From NCBI GenBank assembly GCA_025611195.1, contig GCA_025611195.1_4718.2: a stretch of 64,000 nucleotides of DNA. One strand, written 5' to 3'. The stretch comes from a phage. The notes below the pieces were generated by a model that was not told where the DNA came from, did no database searches, and saw only the letters and a program-made list of their open reading frames with translations. Positions within the stretch are counted from its first letter, which is position 1. Every line of letters starts with the position of its first letter. Positions 1 to 9,604 of this stretch are shown here, in pieces. The position numbers and the translations under genes were made by a program.

Positions 1-699
1 AAAGAACAAGATGCCGATTTCCAGCAGTACCCCGTTCTTTTCCAGACTGAGATTCTCCACATCCAGGCAAAACGCAGGTTTCTCTACCGCTGAAAAATCA
101 AAATATTCTTCGAGGCGCGGCGTTGGTTCGGCGGCGAAAAACGTCTCATGAATGAACTGGGCGAATGTCTTATTCTCTGCTACTAAGTCAATACCCAATT
201 TACTTAGCAGAGGTATAATTGCACGGTCGTTGTACTCCATTACCACCAACTCTTGGCTTTTGATAGAACGACCAATTGAGTAAAAAAGATGAACGATATC
301 TAACGGTTTGTACGGAGCCTCAAAAGTTGTTCCCTGGAACGACTCAGCCAGCGCCTTATGCGTTTCTTCACGATGATTCATCAGTTGGAAAATAGCACAG
401 CGCAGATAATGCCGTAATGTTATCTCGTGAAGGTGTGATGTATCTTCCTGAAATAACGTCATGAAACCGTGATATGTATAATACTCGCCTCTTTGAATTT
501 CTTCGAGGAGTTCTTTGTCCCCATTTATTTCCTCTGGTGTTATCGGTTCGATTTGATCATGGATAATATTGAGCAGGTCACTGCCGTGTACCTTAAACAG
601 TTTTTCAACGCTAAAATCGGGTAATGTCGCAATTGCTGCGTACATTAATGTTTCTGCGGGATTAAGTTCTTTATTGTCAATTGTGATGGTTAAAGCCAT
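1..699 (-). CDS. hypothetical protein, 3' end truncated at window edge
   Basis: Minus-strand frame open from ATG at 699 to position 1 (hand translation, no stops); GAGGTA RBS-like motif upstream; not in ORF track because no stop in window. Confidence 0.55.
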   Translation of the reverse strand, partial: MALTITIDNKELNPAETLMYAAIATLPDFSVEKLFKVHGSDLLNIIHDQIEPITPEEINGDKELLEEIQRGEYYTYHGFMTLFQEDTSHLHEITLRHYLRCAIFQLMNHREETHKALAESFQGTTFEAPYKPLDIVHLFYSIGRSIKSQELVVMEYNDRAIIPLLSKLGIDLVAENKTFAQFIHETFFAAEPTPRLEEYFDFSAVEKPAFCLDVENLSLEKNGVLLEIGILFF

Positions 700-724
700 T
701 TTATTATACCTCATCGAAATCAAA

Positions 725-1066
725 TTAGTTAAATTCAGGTTTATCAGCAGCCAGACCAAGTCCAGCCAGTATTACGTAATCATACCAAGCTTTTACTTTT
801 GCTTTCGCTTCATCTAAACTATCTGCGTTGATGTGCGGAAACTCATCGTTGACTGGGAAAGGTAAATCGCAGTCGTAGCTTGTATAGTCTTTCCAACCTT
901 TCCATTCGATAGTTAGAGAACCAAAAACGGTCTCAGCAACAACGTGGTTATAGCGACATTCTTCACATGGCGTACGCTCTTCCGACCAAACAAGCTCGTG
1001 CTGTGCTAAAAGTTGTTGTACGACCGATAATGGTTGCTCTTCATTAAGTTCGATACTGTCTATCAC
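725..1066 (-). CDS. hypothetical protein (113 aa)
   Basis: ORF track; 4-nt overlap with upstream gene, operon packing. Confidence 0.6.
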   Translation of the reverse strand: MIDSIELNEEQPLSVVQQLLAQHELVWSEERTPCEECRYNHVVAETVFGSLTIEWKGWKDYTSYDCDLPFPVNDEFPHINADSLDEAKAKVKAWYDYVILAGLGLAADKPEFN

Positions 1067-1659
1067 TGTATACCCTCCTTTTCCTTATCGTAATTACTAC
1101 ACATATTGACAAACGCAGTATTATCAGACAGCATGCTAACCATCTGACGGATTGCGTCCAACGGTTCAAGTTTAGGATTGATTGATTCACCGGTCAACGC
1201 GCTTATTGCTCGTGTGATCTCAGCCAAATCAACGTTCGGGTCTTTATCATCAATGATGAGCAGACTCTTCGCCGGTTTCTGACGACGTTTGATGATTAAC
1301 AAATACGTGACAAGGTTCTCACGCCAAGCGTCAGAATCCAGATTGCGTATCAGGGTTAACGCACGACGTTCTTCCGCCCATGATGGTTTCTCACGGATAA
1401 CGGGCATGTAAGATAATTGCTCAGCAAGCCCTTTCAAACTGACACGGTTGGTGCCACCAGGATGCTCACTAATCCGCAACATCTCGGTTAACAGACGGAC
1501 ATATGCGGTTGTTGTAGAAACACCCCGCAGCGGCAGGAACAAATTATGTCCCGGAACCCCATCATGACTCAGCGGTGCGATATACGCCATGAATTGACGG
1601 ATATCGTCATCGGTCTGTTCTCCAGCAACGAACTTAAACGCTTCACGTAGAACGCTCAC
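1063..1659 (-). CDS. hypothetical protein (198 aa)
   Basis: ORF track; overlapping start/stop with neighbours. Confidence 0.6.
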   Translation of the reverse strand: MSVLREAFKFVAGEQTDDDIRQFMAYIAPLSHDGVPGHNLFLPLRGVSTTTAYVRLLTEMLRISEHPGGTNRVSLKGLAEQLSYMPVIREKPSWAEERRALTLIRNLDSDAWRENLVTYLLIIKRRQKPAKSLLIIDDKDPNVDLAEITRAISALTGESINPKLEPLDAIRQMVSMLSDNTAFVNMCSNYDKEKEGIQ

Positions 1660-1945
1660 TACGAAGTCTCCTTAATGTTTCTTTTATATGCAATCTCTTC
1701 GGCAAGTACAGACGTTTGTACAGATCAACTAACAGATAACGCATAACGGAAGCAACCACCAGGTATTCGCCTTCAGCTTCCGAATAGCGTATCATGTTAA
1801 TCGGGTAATTCAAATAAGAATAAGAAAAGAGATCATCATTGGTGAGGCGATGATCTTCAAGATACTGACGAAACAATTCTGCTAAGGCATCGTACTCCAT
1901 TCCGTAGTAACACAACGATACCTGTCTTACCGACAGTCGTTTCAT
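1643..1945 (-). CDS. hypothetical protein (100 aa)
   Basis: ORF track; operon packing. Confidence 0.5.
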   Translation of the reverse strand: MKRLSVRQVSLCYYGMEYDALAELFRQYLEDHRLTNDDLFSYSYLNYPINMIRYSEAEGEYLVVASVMRYLLVDLYKRLYLPKRLHIKETLRRLRSERST

Positions 1946-2784
1946 GCTGAGTTACCTTTTAGTTTTCCGCGTATCATGTCAACAACGCGTGAGGGATCAG
2001 AAATAACATTAGCGATAAGATGATCGATAGGTAGGTCGAGAACGATTTTCTTCAGCTGGAAAGTCGTATCTTTACGACGCACGCCGTAGAACACACCATC
2101 TTTAAACACAACCTCGTACGAAATTGGTAGCTGACTGATAATCGTGTTAGCGTAATCACCCAACCACATCGACCCCGCCATCAAATGCGCACAAACCGCA
2201 TGACTAATACGCACATCTTTGTTCTTCTGGCTAACGTCTTTGATTTTCGACATGGTGACCAGAAGTTCACCGATCTTACTGAGCATATCGTCGTATACCC
2301 CAAAGAACTTAATCAGTTGTCGGGCACCTAACGATATATATGTTTCTCGCGGTAAGACACAACACACCTGCGGTAACGTCCCAACCCCATAGACACAACT
2401 GTGGGGTGACAATGGGAGCAAATCAGCAACCGCGTTCTTGATGTTGTTATACTCAACGATATCGTTGAACGGCGAAAGCCCTTTCGTAATCGGTTTATCA
2501 ATCGCCACATCAAACTCCGCGAACGTCCATGCTGCTTTACGGGGTTCCCCTTTCTTGTACGGTGGGGCCAGTATCGCAACAACACGAAGTCGATACTCAT
2601 GTGTATCGCGTAGCTTAAGTTGGATACCATCATCATCGCCTTCACGCACAAGTGAGTAGCGGCTCGCGCAACCATCACAGACCACCGTTGGTTCGTGTTG
2701 ACCGTATGCTGCAAGCATCGGTTTACTAAGATCTTTATCACAGTGTTTACAATGATGATCCTGTTCCTGATAACTGATTTTCAC
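1942..2784 (-). CDS. hypothetical protein with N-terminal Cys cluster (CxxC..CxxC)
   Basis: 280-aa ORF; N-terminal HHCKHCDK..VCDGC zinc-ribbon-like motif. Confidence 0.6.
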   Translation of the reverse strand: MKISYQEQDHHCKHCDKDLSKPMLAAYGQHEPTVVCDGCASRYSLVREGDDDGIQLKLRDTHEYRLRVVAILAPPYKKGEPRKAAWTFAEFDVAIDKPITKGLSPFNDIVEYNNIKNAVADLLPLSPHSCVYGVGTLPQVCCVLPRETYISLGARQLIKFFGVYDDMLSKIGELLVTMSKIKDVSQKNKDVRISHAVCAHLMAGSMWLGDYANTIISQLPISYEVVFKDGVFYGVRRKDTTFQLKKIVLDLPIDHLIANVISDPSRVVDMIRGKLKGNSA

Positions 2785-2799
2785 ATCAGGGCTCCTTTG

Positions 2800-3756
2800 T
2801 TAATGTAATACGCGATCTACTGGAATTGTCGACGCGTTGCTGGCGGACAGATTCGTTGCTTTACGATCAGGACTGAATCGACGAGCGTTCTCTTCATGGT
2901 AGTTAACCGGGTTATCCTGTTTCAGCAATTCTATTGCTTCATCAAACGCTAATTCCCTATAACCCTTTGGATATAGGAACAGGGGTTCGTCAATATCCAA
3001 CCCTTTAACAAACTCATGCGACAACCAAACGCTACCATCAGCACTGTAAAGAACAGGCTCAACATCATAATCCAAAACGTATTGATACCAGTAATTAAAC
3101 AGTTGGGCGATCCATCGATTACGTAATAAATAATCGATTACAACCGCACTACGCACGCTATGGCACCAGCCGATCTTACCGTCAACTCTCTGCAACAACG
3201 TACCGTCATTTGCTTGGTGGATGACAGCATTAAATAACCAGGCAAGATCGGTTGCGAAAAGTGCCGCTTCTTGAATATCGCTAATGTAGCGCACAGGTAT
3301 CGTCAGATGAGTGCGGTAATGCGCCATCGCTTCTTCGTAGTTGTCTCCTTCGATACAGAGAATACCATTTGACGACAGATGCCCCTGATTCAATGACTGA
3401 CTGATATAAAGATCAGCGATCGCGTTAATATGTTCGACGGTACCCAAGGTTAATTCAGACATAAAACGATCAACGTCAACGGACATCGATGTACCGGAAA
3501 TGAACGGATTGGCTGGGCGAGCCGTATTAGAGAAAATAATCGACCAGATCGCTTCGTGTTTTTCATCCGATGGGACAAACGAAATATGGCGTTCTGCACT
3601 ATTAGCATCAACAGATACTTCTACTGTTTTCAAGCAGCTAGTACAAACATAACACGTGTTCGGCAACGGCATATCCGAAAACATATCGTAACGAATTGTC
3701 GCAATTGAAATATCATGTCCGCAGTGAGGGCATGTGGTATCAATAAGTGTTCTCAT
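2800..3756 (-). CDS. hypothetical zinc-ribbon protein (318 aa)
   Basis: N-terminal CPHCGH and internal CYVCTSC cysteine pairs. Confidence 0.6.
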   Translation of the reverse strand: MRTLIDTTCPHCGHDISIATIRYDMFSDMPLPNTCYVCTSCLKTVEVSVDANSAERHISFVPSDEKHEAIWSIIFSNTARPANPFISGTSMSVDVDRFMSELTLGTVEHINAIADLYISQSLNQGHLSSNGILCIEGDNYEEAMAHYRTHLTIPVRYISDIQEAALFATDLAWLFNAVIHQANDGTLLQRVDGKIGWCHSVRSAVVIDYLLRNRWIAQLFNYWYQYVLDYDVEPVLYSADGSVWLSHEFVKGLDIDEPLFLYPKGYRELAFDEAIELLKQDNPVNYHEENARRFSPDRKATNLSASNASTIPVDRVLH

Positions 3757-3986
3757 TGTTGAATTCCTTTTGATAAGAATAACTGTATATCGGTAAACTG
3801 TTCTTTAGGAACATCGTCGGCAGCCGTTAGAACCTCAGGACCGTGTTCGTTGAGGTAAGCTTCTCGTTGAAGATGATAAAGTCGATTGGCTTCTTGGAAC
3901 TCAGTGTCCGTCATGTAAACCAACTTAAACTTCGAACGTTTATTCGGATTATATCTCTTATTACGTTTCTTTGGTTTCTTCGCCAT
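3753..3986 (-). CDS. small basic protein (78 aa), possible nucleic-acid binding
   Basis: Track ORF starts at a GTG; internal ATG at 3986 has a GAGG RBS; Lys/Arg-rich N-terminus MAKKPKKRNKRYNPNKRSK. Confidence 0.5.
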   Translation of the reverse strand: MAKKPKKRNKRYNPNKRSKFKLVYMTDTEFQEANRLYHLQREAYLNEHGPEVLTAADDVPKEQFTDIQLFLSKGIQQ

Positions 3987-4033
3987 AATAGCCTCGTGAA
4001 GGTGGATGGTACACCCATCCACCTTCCTCCATG

Positions 4034-4555
4034 TTAAAGTGCGTTCATTTCTTCAGGTGTGCGTACAGTGCGCGTGTTGGGATCGACCATTGCTGGTACG
4101 CCCGCAGGACATTTACGGACATCAATCCGCATCTCAGGCTCGATCGGACGAACGCGATACGTTTTACCGTCGTCGGTTAACACCGAAATGGTCAACGCTT
4201 GGTTCAATTCATTAACGAAGTTCACCAAACGCTGCTGCCCGCCTGCCGACCAGAAGTTGAGATCGGTTTCTCCGCTGAAATAACTGATTCCTTCGGCGGT
4301 CCCAATCGTGATTTTAACGATGCCCGGATAGTCACGAAGAAGGGGTGCCTGATAACCTTCATCTTCCGTATCCAATTTTACCCACGCGCCTCCCGTAGAC
4401 AAGCAGTTAACTTCCAAGGCGGTTGGCGCACTGACTTCTGCCGATGACCAGGTATACATCGTGCCTAGTTTAGCGTGTCCGGTTTCCAGCTCGCTGTAAT
4501 CCCAAGCGTGTGCTGATGCCGTAATAAAGAGGGCTGCAAGAAACAACTTTTTCAT
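4034..4555 (-). CDS. secreted/periplasmic protein with signal peptide
   Basis: N-terminus MKKLFLAALFITASAHA resembles a Sec signal peptide with AxA cleavage site. Confidence 0.55.
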   Translation of the reverse strand: MKKLFLAALFITASAHAWDYSELETGHAKLGTMYTWSSAEVSAPTALEVNCLSTGGAWVKLDTEDEGYQAPLLRDYPGIVKITIGTAEGISYFSGETDLNFWSAGGQQRLVNFVNELNQALTISVLTDDGKTYRVRPIEPEMRIDVRKCPAGVPAMVDPNTRTVRTPEEMNAL

Positions 4556-4610
4556 TCTTTTCGATTCCTATTAAAAGTGACCGATTTCTGTGGTCAGGAT
4601 TGCTAATACA

Positions 4611-5072
4611 TTAAATCTGGTTTTGTTTCCGTATTGCACGGTTACGTTTACGTTCTTGGTCTTTGACAGTACCAAGAAACTTCCTTAATTCTGACGGTTC
4701 GAGCGTACCCTCACGTACCACGCCGTTTTGTTCGATATGGTACGACCAATAACCAACTTCAGCTGTTAAAGATAACGTTGTTGGTTGCGCATCAGGCAAC
4801 GATCGGGGTGAGAAAATAAAGAGTAATTCAAAAGGCGTTTCTCGGCTGATGGTGGGACGGATACTAACGTCAAGCCCCTCCCATCGCTGCGGCTTAAATA
4901 TTCCTCCGGCGGCGACGATTGTCTCCGAGCGTTGGTCTACAAGCTCAGCTAATTCACGATCGTCATTGAAATAAATATCGTGAAGGATATCTGTGTCGAT
5001 AAAAAACCCGCGCTCCAAATCGTGACGAACAATTGAATTCTTCATTCTAACGCCTTTGTTGTTTGTTTTCAT
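4611..5072 (-). CDS. hypothetical protein (153 aa; start may be 5045)
   Basis: ORF track; alternative ATG at 5045 has better RBS spacing. Confidence 0.5.
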   Translation of the reverse strand: MKTNNKGVRMKNSIVRHDLERGFFIDTDILHDIYFNDDRELAELVDQRSETIVAAGGIFKPQRWEGLDVSIRPTISRETPFELLFIFSPRSLPDAQPTTLSLTAEVGYWSYHIEQNGVVREGTLEPSELRKFLGTVKDQERKRNRAIRKQNQI

Positions 5073-5119
5073 GTCCTATACGAACACGAAAAACCGTTAA
5101 TTTTTACCTTGATTGCGTG

Positions 5120-5395
5120 TTAAAATTCCACACCGCGACCGGTCATCGACGAAGGAACCGTGCGATAATAGAAGTAGATGTAATGGTCACGATGGCTAAA
5201 ATAGTTTTTGCAAGCATAGAACTCTCCAGATCCAATGAATGATTTAATACGTGTAACTTGAGGGTGTCGTTCGATTAGCGCTCGTAGGACGATTTCCATT
5301 TGGTGTGCGCTCAAGCCTGGTCGAGCTGCGACATGATAATGAAGCTCCTTAAGAAATCGTTTCCAGGGTTCGGGTTGTGTCGACGATCGAGACAT
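5120..5395 (-). CDS. hypothetical protein (91 aa)
   Basis: ATG at 5395 preceded by GGAG RBS; track start 5407 lies upstream. Confidence 0.45.
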   Translation of the reverse strand: MSRSSTQPEPWKRFLKELHYHVAARPGLSAHQMEIVLRALIERHPQVTRIKSFIGSGEFYACKNYFSHRDHYIYFYYRTVPSSMTGRGVEF

Positions 5396-5433
5396 CGTTA
5401 TCTCCATAGCAGGTACCGGTAACGCGGCATAAA

Positions 5434-5451
5434 CCCTCCCCGAAGGGAGGG
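5434..5451 (-). terminator. GC-rich stem-loop CCCTCCC-CGAA-GGGAGGG
   Basis: Perfect 7-bp inverted repeat between two minus-strand genes; no clear U-tract. Confidence 0.4.
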
Positions 5452-5461
5452 CGGTTAATGA

Positions 5462-6019
5462 TTACTCCATCCATACTTCTTCGTCGTAATGATTTTCTAT
5501 CGCATTACGCCAAAAACGTACGGTGTCCAAACTAATCGGTGCGTAAAAATGTTGGTCAACGCCTACATTAAGTCCGTTGGCCTTCGCTAACATACAGCGA
5601 TGAATATGCCCGAATAGATTGAAGTAGCCCGGGTTTCTTTCGCTGGGTTTATGGCATAGCCAGTAGGATTCGTCATTGCTAATCGGCAATACCAACGGAT
5701 GTTCATAAACAGCAGCAAACCCCATACCGAGCAGTTTATCACGCCACGCGTCGAAGCTTAATCCTGTCGCTTTGTATGCGTCTTCGTCCCAATTCCCCAT
5801 TACCAATTGAACCTGGATATCAGAACGAATGGCTTCCACGAACTCGAACTTACCCCAATCACCTAAATGCCACAACACACTGTTCTTTGGAAGATTGTTG
5901 ATGGCTTTCAGCATATGTTGGTTCATATCGGCGACGCTTGCGAACGGACGGCGTGAATACGTCCATGTACGCTCGCTATCGAAATGGGTATCCGATGTAA
6001 AGAAGATGGGTGGGGTCAT
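5462..6019 (-). CDS. calcineurin-like metallophosphoesterase
   Basis: Motifs FTSDTHFD, LGDWG, GNWDED, GHIHR match the D-x-H / GD / GN(H)D / GHxH metallophosphatase pattern. Confidence 0.6.
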   Translation of the reverse strand: MTPPIFFTSDTHFDSERTWTYSRRPFASVADMNQHMLKAINNLPKNSVLWHLGDWGKFEFVEAIRSDIQVQLVMGNWDEDAYKATGLSFDAWRDKLLGMGFAAVYEHPLVLPISNDESYWLCHKPSERNPGYFNLFGHIHRCMLAKANGLNVGVDQHFYAPISLDTVRFWRNAIENHYDEEVWME

Positions 6020-6498
6020 TGATCTAATTGCTCCAGAAATGCGCGACCCGATTTACTTGCTTTTAAATGCTGTTCTGCGGAAGTAAGCAGAAGATCGGTT
6101 GGTGTGAATGCAGCGCTACCTTTCCACGCCGTTTTCAGTTTACCCTTTTCGATACTGAACTGAATCAGTTGTTGGGTACCGAAGTTAAGCGTGTTCGTCG
6201 CGGCGCTAAATACACCACCCATCATGCTGTAACCAAAGACTTTCACATTTTCCGTGTAGAAGTCATTGTCGATCAATTTGTTCTGGAGCTCGAGTTGATC
6301 GGACGGCAGCAATCCCCCATCAAAGACACTTAAAATACCAGCCAGGCGATACATACTCACCTTCCCTGCAACGCCCACCACGTAATTGCCATACACGGTT
6401 TCTTCCAGTTTAGCAACAACGGTGCGATCGTCGGAGGTTTTCATCGAAACCTCAATACCATCACCAACTTCTGTCAACGTTAAATCAACGATACTCAT
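6016..6498 (-). CDS. hypothetical protein (160 aa)
   Basis: ORF track; 4-nt overlap with upstream gene. Confidence 0.55.
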   Translation of the reverse strand: MSIVDLTLTEVGDGIEVSMKTSDDRTVVAKLEETVYGNYVVGVAGKVSMYRLAGILSVFDGGLLPSDQLELQNKLIDNDFYTENVKVFGYSMMGGVFSAATNTLNFGTQQLIQFSIEKGKLKTAWKGSAAFTPTDLLLTSAEQHLKASKSGRAFLEQLDQ

Positions 6499-6520
6499 TC
6501 ATCATTCTCCGCTTTCATGT

Positions 6521-7207
6521 TTAACACATGATTTCACCATGTTTCTTTTCAACATACGTATAAACATCATCCAAATAAGCAATGAGTTTATCCCGATTTG
6601 CACAAAGCGATTTAATCACCGCAATCTCTTTCATATAAAGCTGCTGACCTAACGCCGGATAAGTAATCCAAGCATAGCCGTCAGGCGCAAATTTAGAAAT
6701 AAGATAATCGGCGGTTTCCTGTAGTGCGAACTCTTTACTCATCTGACCGTAACGATGTTCGATTGCACGGATACCAAAACGTTCGCTATCCAGACGACCC
6801 ATATCCGCCAAACGAAGCACCTGAGAAGCAACCGAGCTACGTGGACCGGAGTATGAGGCGCGGTGTTCAGCAATAAGTACACGTATCTCCTCGATGTCTT
6901 CTGGTGTGAAAATATGTTGCTCGTTACGAAGCAGGATAACCGATGCACGAATACCTCCGATAAGGTGGTGGTACGTTCTGTTTTCGTGGCATGCAATATC
7001 ATGCATAAAAGCGGCAGTTAATAGACGACGACGTTCCGTGGGTCTGATGATGCCAACCACATCGGCAAGTTCATTTGCCAATTCGACAACAGCAAGCACG
7101 TGTTCTTCTTGATGAGCAAGATCATTTTTACGAATATTATCAATTACTTCAGTGCGTGTTTCCTGAGATAAGAAATTTAGACAATCCAACGAATATAAAG
7201 ATTTCAT
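6521..7207 (-). CDS. HD-domain phosphohydrolase candidate
   Basis: AAFMHDIACHE contains an H..HD signature; first gene after promoter motif at 7261-7280. Confidence 0.45.
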   Translation of the reverse strand: MKSLYSLDCLNFLSQETRTEVIDNIRKNDLAHQEEHVLAVVELANELADVVGIIRPTERRRLLTAAFMHDIACHENRTYHHLIGGIRASVILLRNEQHIFTPEDIEEIRVLIAEHRASYSGPRSSVASQVLRLADMGRLDSERFGIRAIEHRYGQMSKEFALQETADYLISKFAPDGYAWITYPALGQQLYMKEIAVIKSLCANRDKLIAYLDDVYTYVEKKHGEIMC

Positions 7208-7260
7208 CGCACGTACCTCTTTGAATCGGTAGATAGATTAATAGATATTGATTACTCACG

Positions 7261-7280
7261 TAAGTAATATAGCCGTGAAA
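7261..7280 (-). promoter_or_regulatory. promoter-like motif, minus-strand TTTCACGGCTATATTACTTA
   Basis: 20-mer identical to 30572-30591; TATATTAC core 57 nt upstream of the HD-domain operon start; hairpin immediately downstream. Confidence 0.5.
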
Positions 7281-7360
7281 GGATTTGTGTTGGTCCGTTT
7301 CGATGCCCATCGTATTTTATGGATTGTCGAATGACGTCATTTTTAAGGGACATCCCCGAC

Positions 7361-7389
7361 CTCCTCCCCACACCTTTCCTGGGGAGGAG
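7361..7389 (+). terminator. stem-loop CTCCTCCCCA/TGGGGAGGAG followed by TTTTAT
   Basis: 10-bp inverted repeat with plus-strand U-rich tail in the helicase leader. Confidence 0.4.
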
Positions 7390-7423
7390 TTTTATCATAC
7401 TTTCTATTAATTCGAGCGCGATT

Positions 7424-9505
7424 ATGTTGGATAGAATCAATCGTTTAATGAACCGAATGACGGTTAAAAATCAGAGTAACAATACCGTGCATATCGGGGG
7501 TATCGATGCGTGGCGTCTTTCAGATGACATTCAGCGTATATGGGGTACCTCCCGATTTATGAAACACATGTTTCGTAATTTCTCTTCTAGTGGACTCAGT
7601 CTCCACAACTTTTACCTTCCCGATTTCGTTTATATTCTCGAAACGATCATCGAAGCAAAGAATACCCGTAGTAACAAACGCATGCTGAAACACCTTATCG
7701 AGATACTACTGCAGGAAACATGGTTGCAAAATACCACCATCGAGCAGCCTGCAATCCTCGATAAAGCACGCATGAACAAAATGCTAACGCTCTCTTTGTT
7801 CGATTATCAAGATGAGTTCATCGACATCTATAACCGTAATGTACCTAAGTATCGACTGAAAGGATACGTGTGTGCGATGGGTGCTGGTGCTGGTAAAACG
7901 ATCACAGCATTGGCATTAAGCGCCGCAATGAACGTCGATGTATTTGTGGTCTGCTGCCCTAAGAACACCATGCGTTCAGCATGGCAATCCGATGTAAACA
8001 AAGCCATCGTTGATCCTGCAACAGAAACCGCGTTCTGGTCGGATACAATGCCACCATCACAGCTGCAGAAAAGCGATAAATACTATTTTTTACATTACGA
8101 ATCGATGGGCTTATTAAACGATGTGATGATCAAGCATAAACGCACAGCGAAGCGCGTTCTTATTGTTGTTGACGAAAGCCATAACTTCAACGACAAGAAC
8201 AGCCAACGTTCCCAGCGACTGGTTGATCTTGTACAGACAATGCGTCAAACCATGAATGCGGATGTGCACGTCTTGTTTATGTCGGGTACGCCTGTTAAAC
8301 AGATGGGTTCTGAGATGATCCCATGTTTAGGTTGTATCGATCCGATGTTCCAAGGACAGGTGGTCGATAGCTTCAAAGCAATTTACGGTTTAACCAGCAG
8401 CCGTGCTAACGATATCCTCAGACATCGTCTTGGGTTCATGATGCATGTCGTACCTAAAGAGGCTTACCGTAAAACCCGTCCGGAAGTTCAGGACGTTTAC
8501 GTGAAGCTCCCTAACGGTAGCGATTATACCATCTCGAGCATTCGTGACGACATGGCGATATTTGTACGCGATCGGGCGAAGTATTACAAGGATAACTGGG
8601 GACATTACCGAAAGATTTTTGATGATGCCTTGGACTACTATCGTAAGACTATTCGTACCGACGGAGAACGTAAAGAGCTATCTCGATACGAATCGATTGT
8701 TGCGCGTTTCCAGAAAGGTTACGATCCCGTCAGAGACAAAGAAGATGCGATGTTCTGCAACGCGTTTGAAAAACGTTCCATCATGCCAGTTCTTCCTTCT
8801 GATTTAAGGGTTGCTTTCAAAGACGCCAAGAGCGTCATCAAGTACGTTGGGTTGAAAATTCAGGGTGAAGCGTTGGCGCGTGTTCTGGGCGCAGCGCGCA
8901 TTCGGTGTCATGTCGACATGGTGGAATACATCGACTTCGAAGAGTACATCAATAACGCCGAAGCCAAAGTGTTGATCTTCACATCGTACGTTCAGGTGGT
9001 TGAACGCGTCGATAACATGCTTCGTGATGCGGGCTTCTTACCGGAACCCATTTACGGGAAGACCAACAAAAACATCAACCAAATACTTGCCCGTCTACGC
9101 GACGATCCTGACAGCGGTCCCGCTATCGCAACATTTGATAGCTTAGCTGAAGGGGTTCCGATGCTGATGTGTAATGTGGGTCTTTTCCTGAACAACCCGT
9201 GGCGCTCATCCGATGAAATCCAAGCCATCAGCCGTCTCGATCGTGTAGGGCAAACGCAACCTGTTCGGATTTATCGTTTCATGTTAGATACAGGAAGCGA
9301 AGGTAACGTTTCTACACGTAGCCACGAAATCATGGAGTTAAGTCGGCAGCTTGTTGAAGAAATCACGGGCGTCAAATACGTGGTGAACAAGCAAGATGAT
9401 GTTAACTTGCAGGAAACGTTAGCGATGGAAGGATACGATCAATACGTTACCGTAAACACCTCGGAATACGATATTAAACCACGACCTGCGTTCTTGGAAT
9501 GGTAA
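7424..9505 (+). CDS. SF2 helicase (Snf2/DExH-like)
   Basis: Walker A GAGAGKT, DExH box VVDESHN, motif III SGTP, motif VI QAISRLDRVGQ; ATG at 7424 lies downstream of hairpin 7361-7389 (track start 7319 would include the hairpin). Confidence 0.7.
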   Translation: MLDRINRLMNRMTVKNQSNNTVHIGGIDAWRLSDDIQRIWGTSRFMKHMFRNFSSSGLSLHNFYLPDFVYILETIIEAKNTRSNKRMLKHLIEILLQETWLQNTTIEQPAILDKARMNKMLTLSLFDYQDEFIDIYNRNVPKYRLKGYVCAMGAGAGKTITALALSAAMNVDVFVVCCPKNTMRSAWQSDVNKAIVDPATETAFWSDTMPPSQLQKSDKYYFLHYESMGLLNDVMIKHKRTAKRVLIVVDESHNFNDKNSQRSQRLVDLVQTMRQTMNADVHVLFMSGTPVKQMGSEMIPCLGCIDPMFQGQVVDSFKAIYGLTSSRANDILRHRLGFMMHVVPKEAYRKTRPEVQDVYVKLPNGSDYTISSIRDDMAIFVRDRAKYYKDNWGHYRKIFDDALDYYRKTIRTDGERKELSRYESIVARFQKGYDPVRDKEDAMFCNAFEKRSIMPVLPSDLRVAFKDAKSVIKYVGLKIQGEALARVLGAARIRCHVDMVEYIDFEEYINNAEAKVLIFTSYVQVVERVDNMLRDAGFLPEPIYGKTNKNINQILARLRDDPDSGPAIATFDSLAEGVPMLMCNVGLFLNNPWRSSDEIQAISRLDRVGQTQPVRIYRFMLDTGSEGNVSTRSHEIMELSRQLVEEITGVKYVVNKQDDVNLQETLAMEGYDQYVTVNTSEYDIKPRPAFLEW

Positions 9506-9511
9506 TTAAGA

Positions 9512-9538
9512 AGCTCTGCCTGATGTCAGGCAGAGCTT
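9512..9538 (+). terminator. intrinsic terminator after helicase gene
   Basis: AGCTCTGCC-TGATGTC-AGGCAGAGCT followed by TTTAT. Confidence 0.55.
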
Positions 9539-9604
9539 TATGCTGCGTTCGCTGCAAAATCGTATGACGTATATGCGTTGTACTTATTAAATAGGACTGA
9601 ATAC

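Noticed and set aside
569-817. 82-aa plus-strand ORF
   Set aside because: It is antisense to the partial minus-strand gene 1-699 and its RBS region, with a hydrophobic low-complexity translation.
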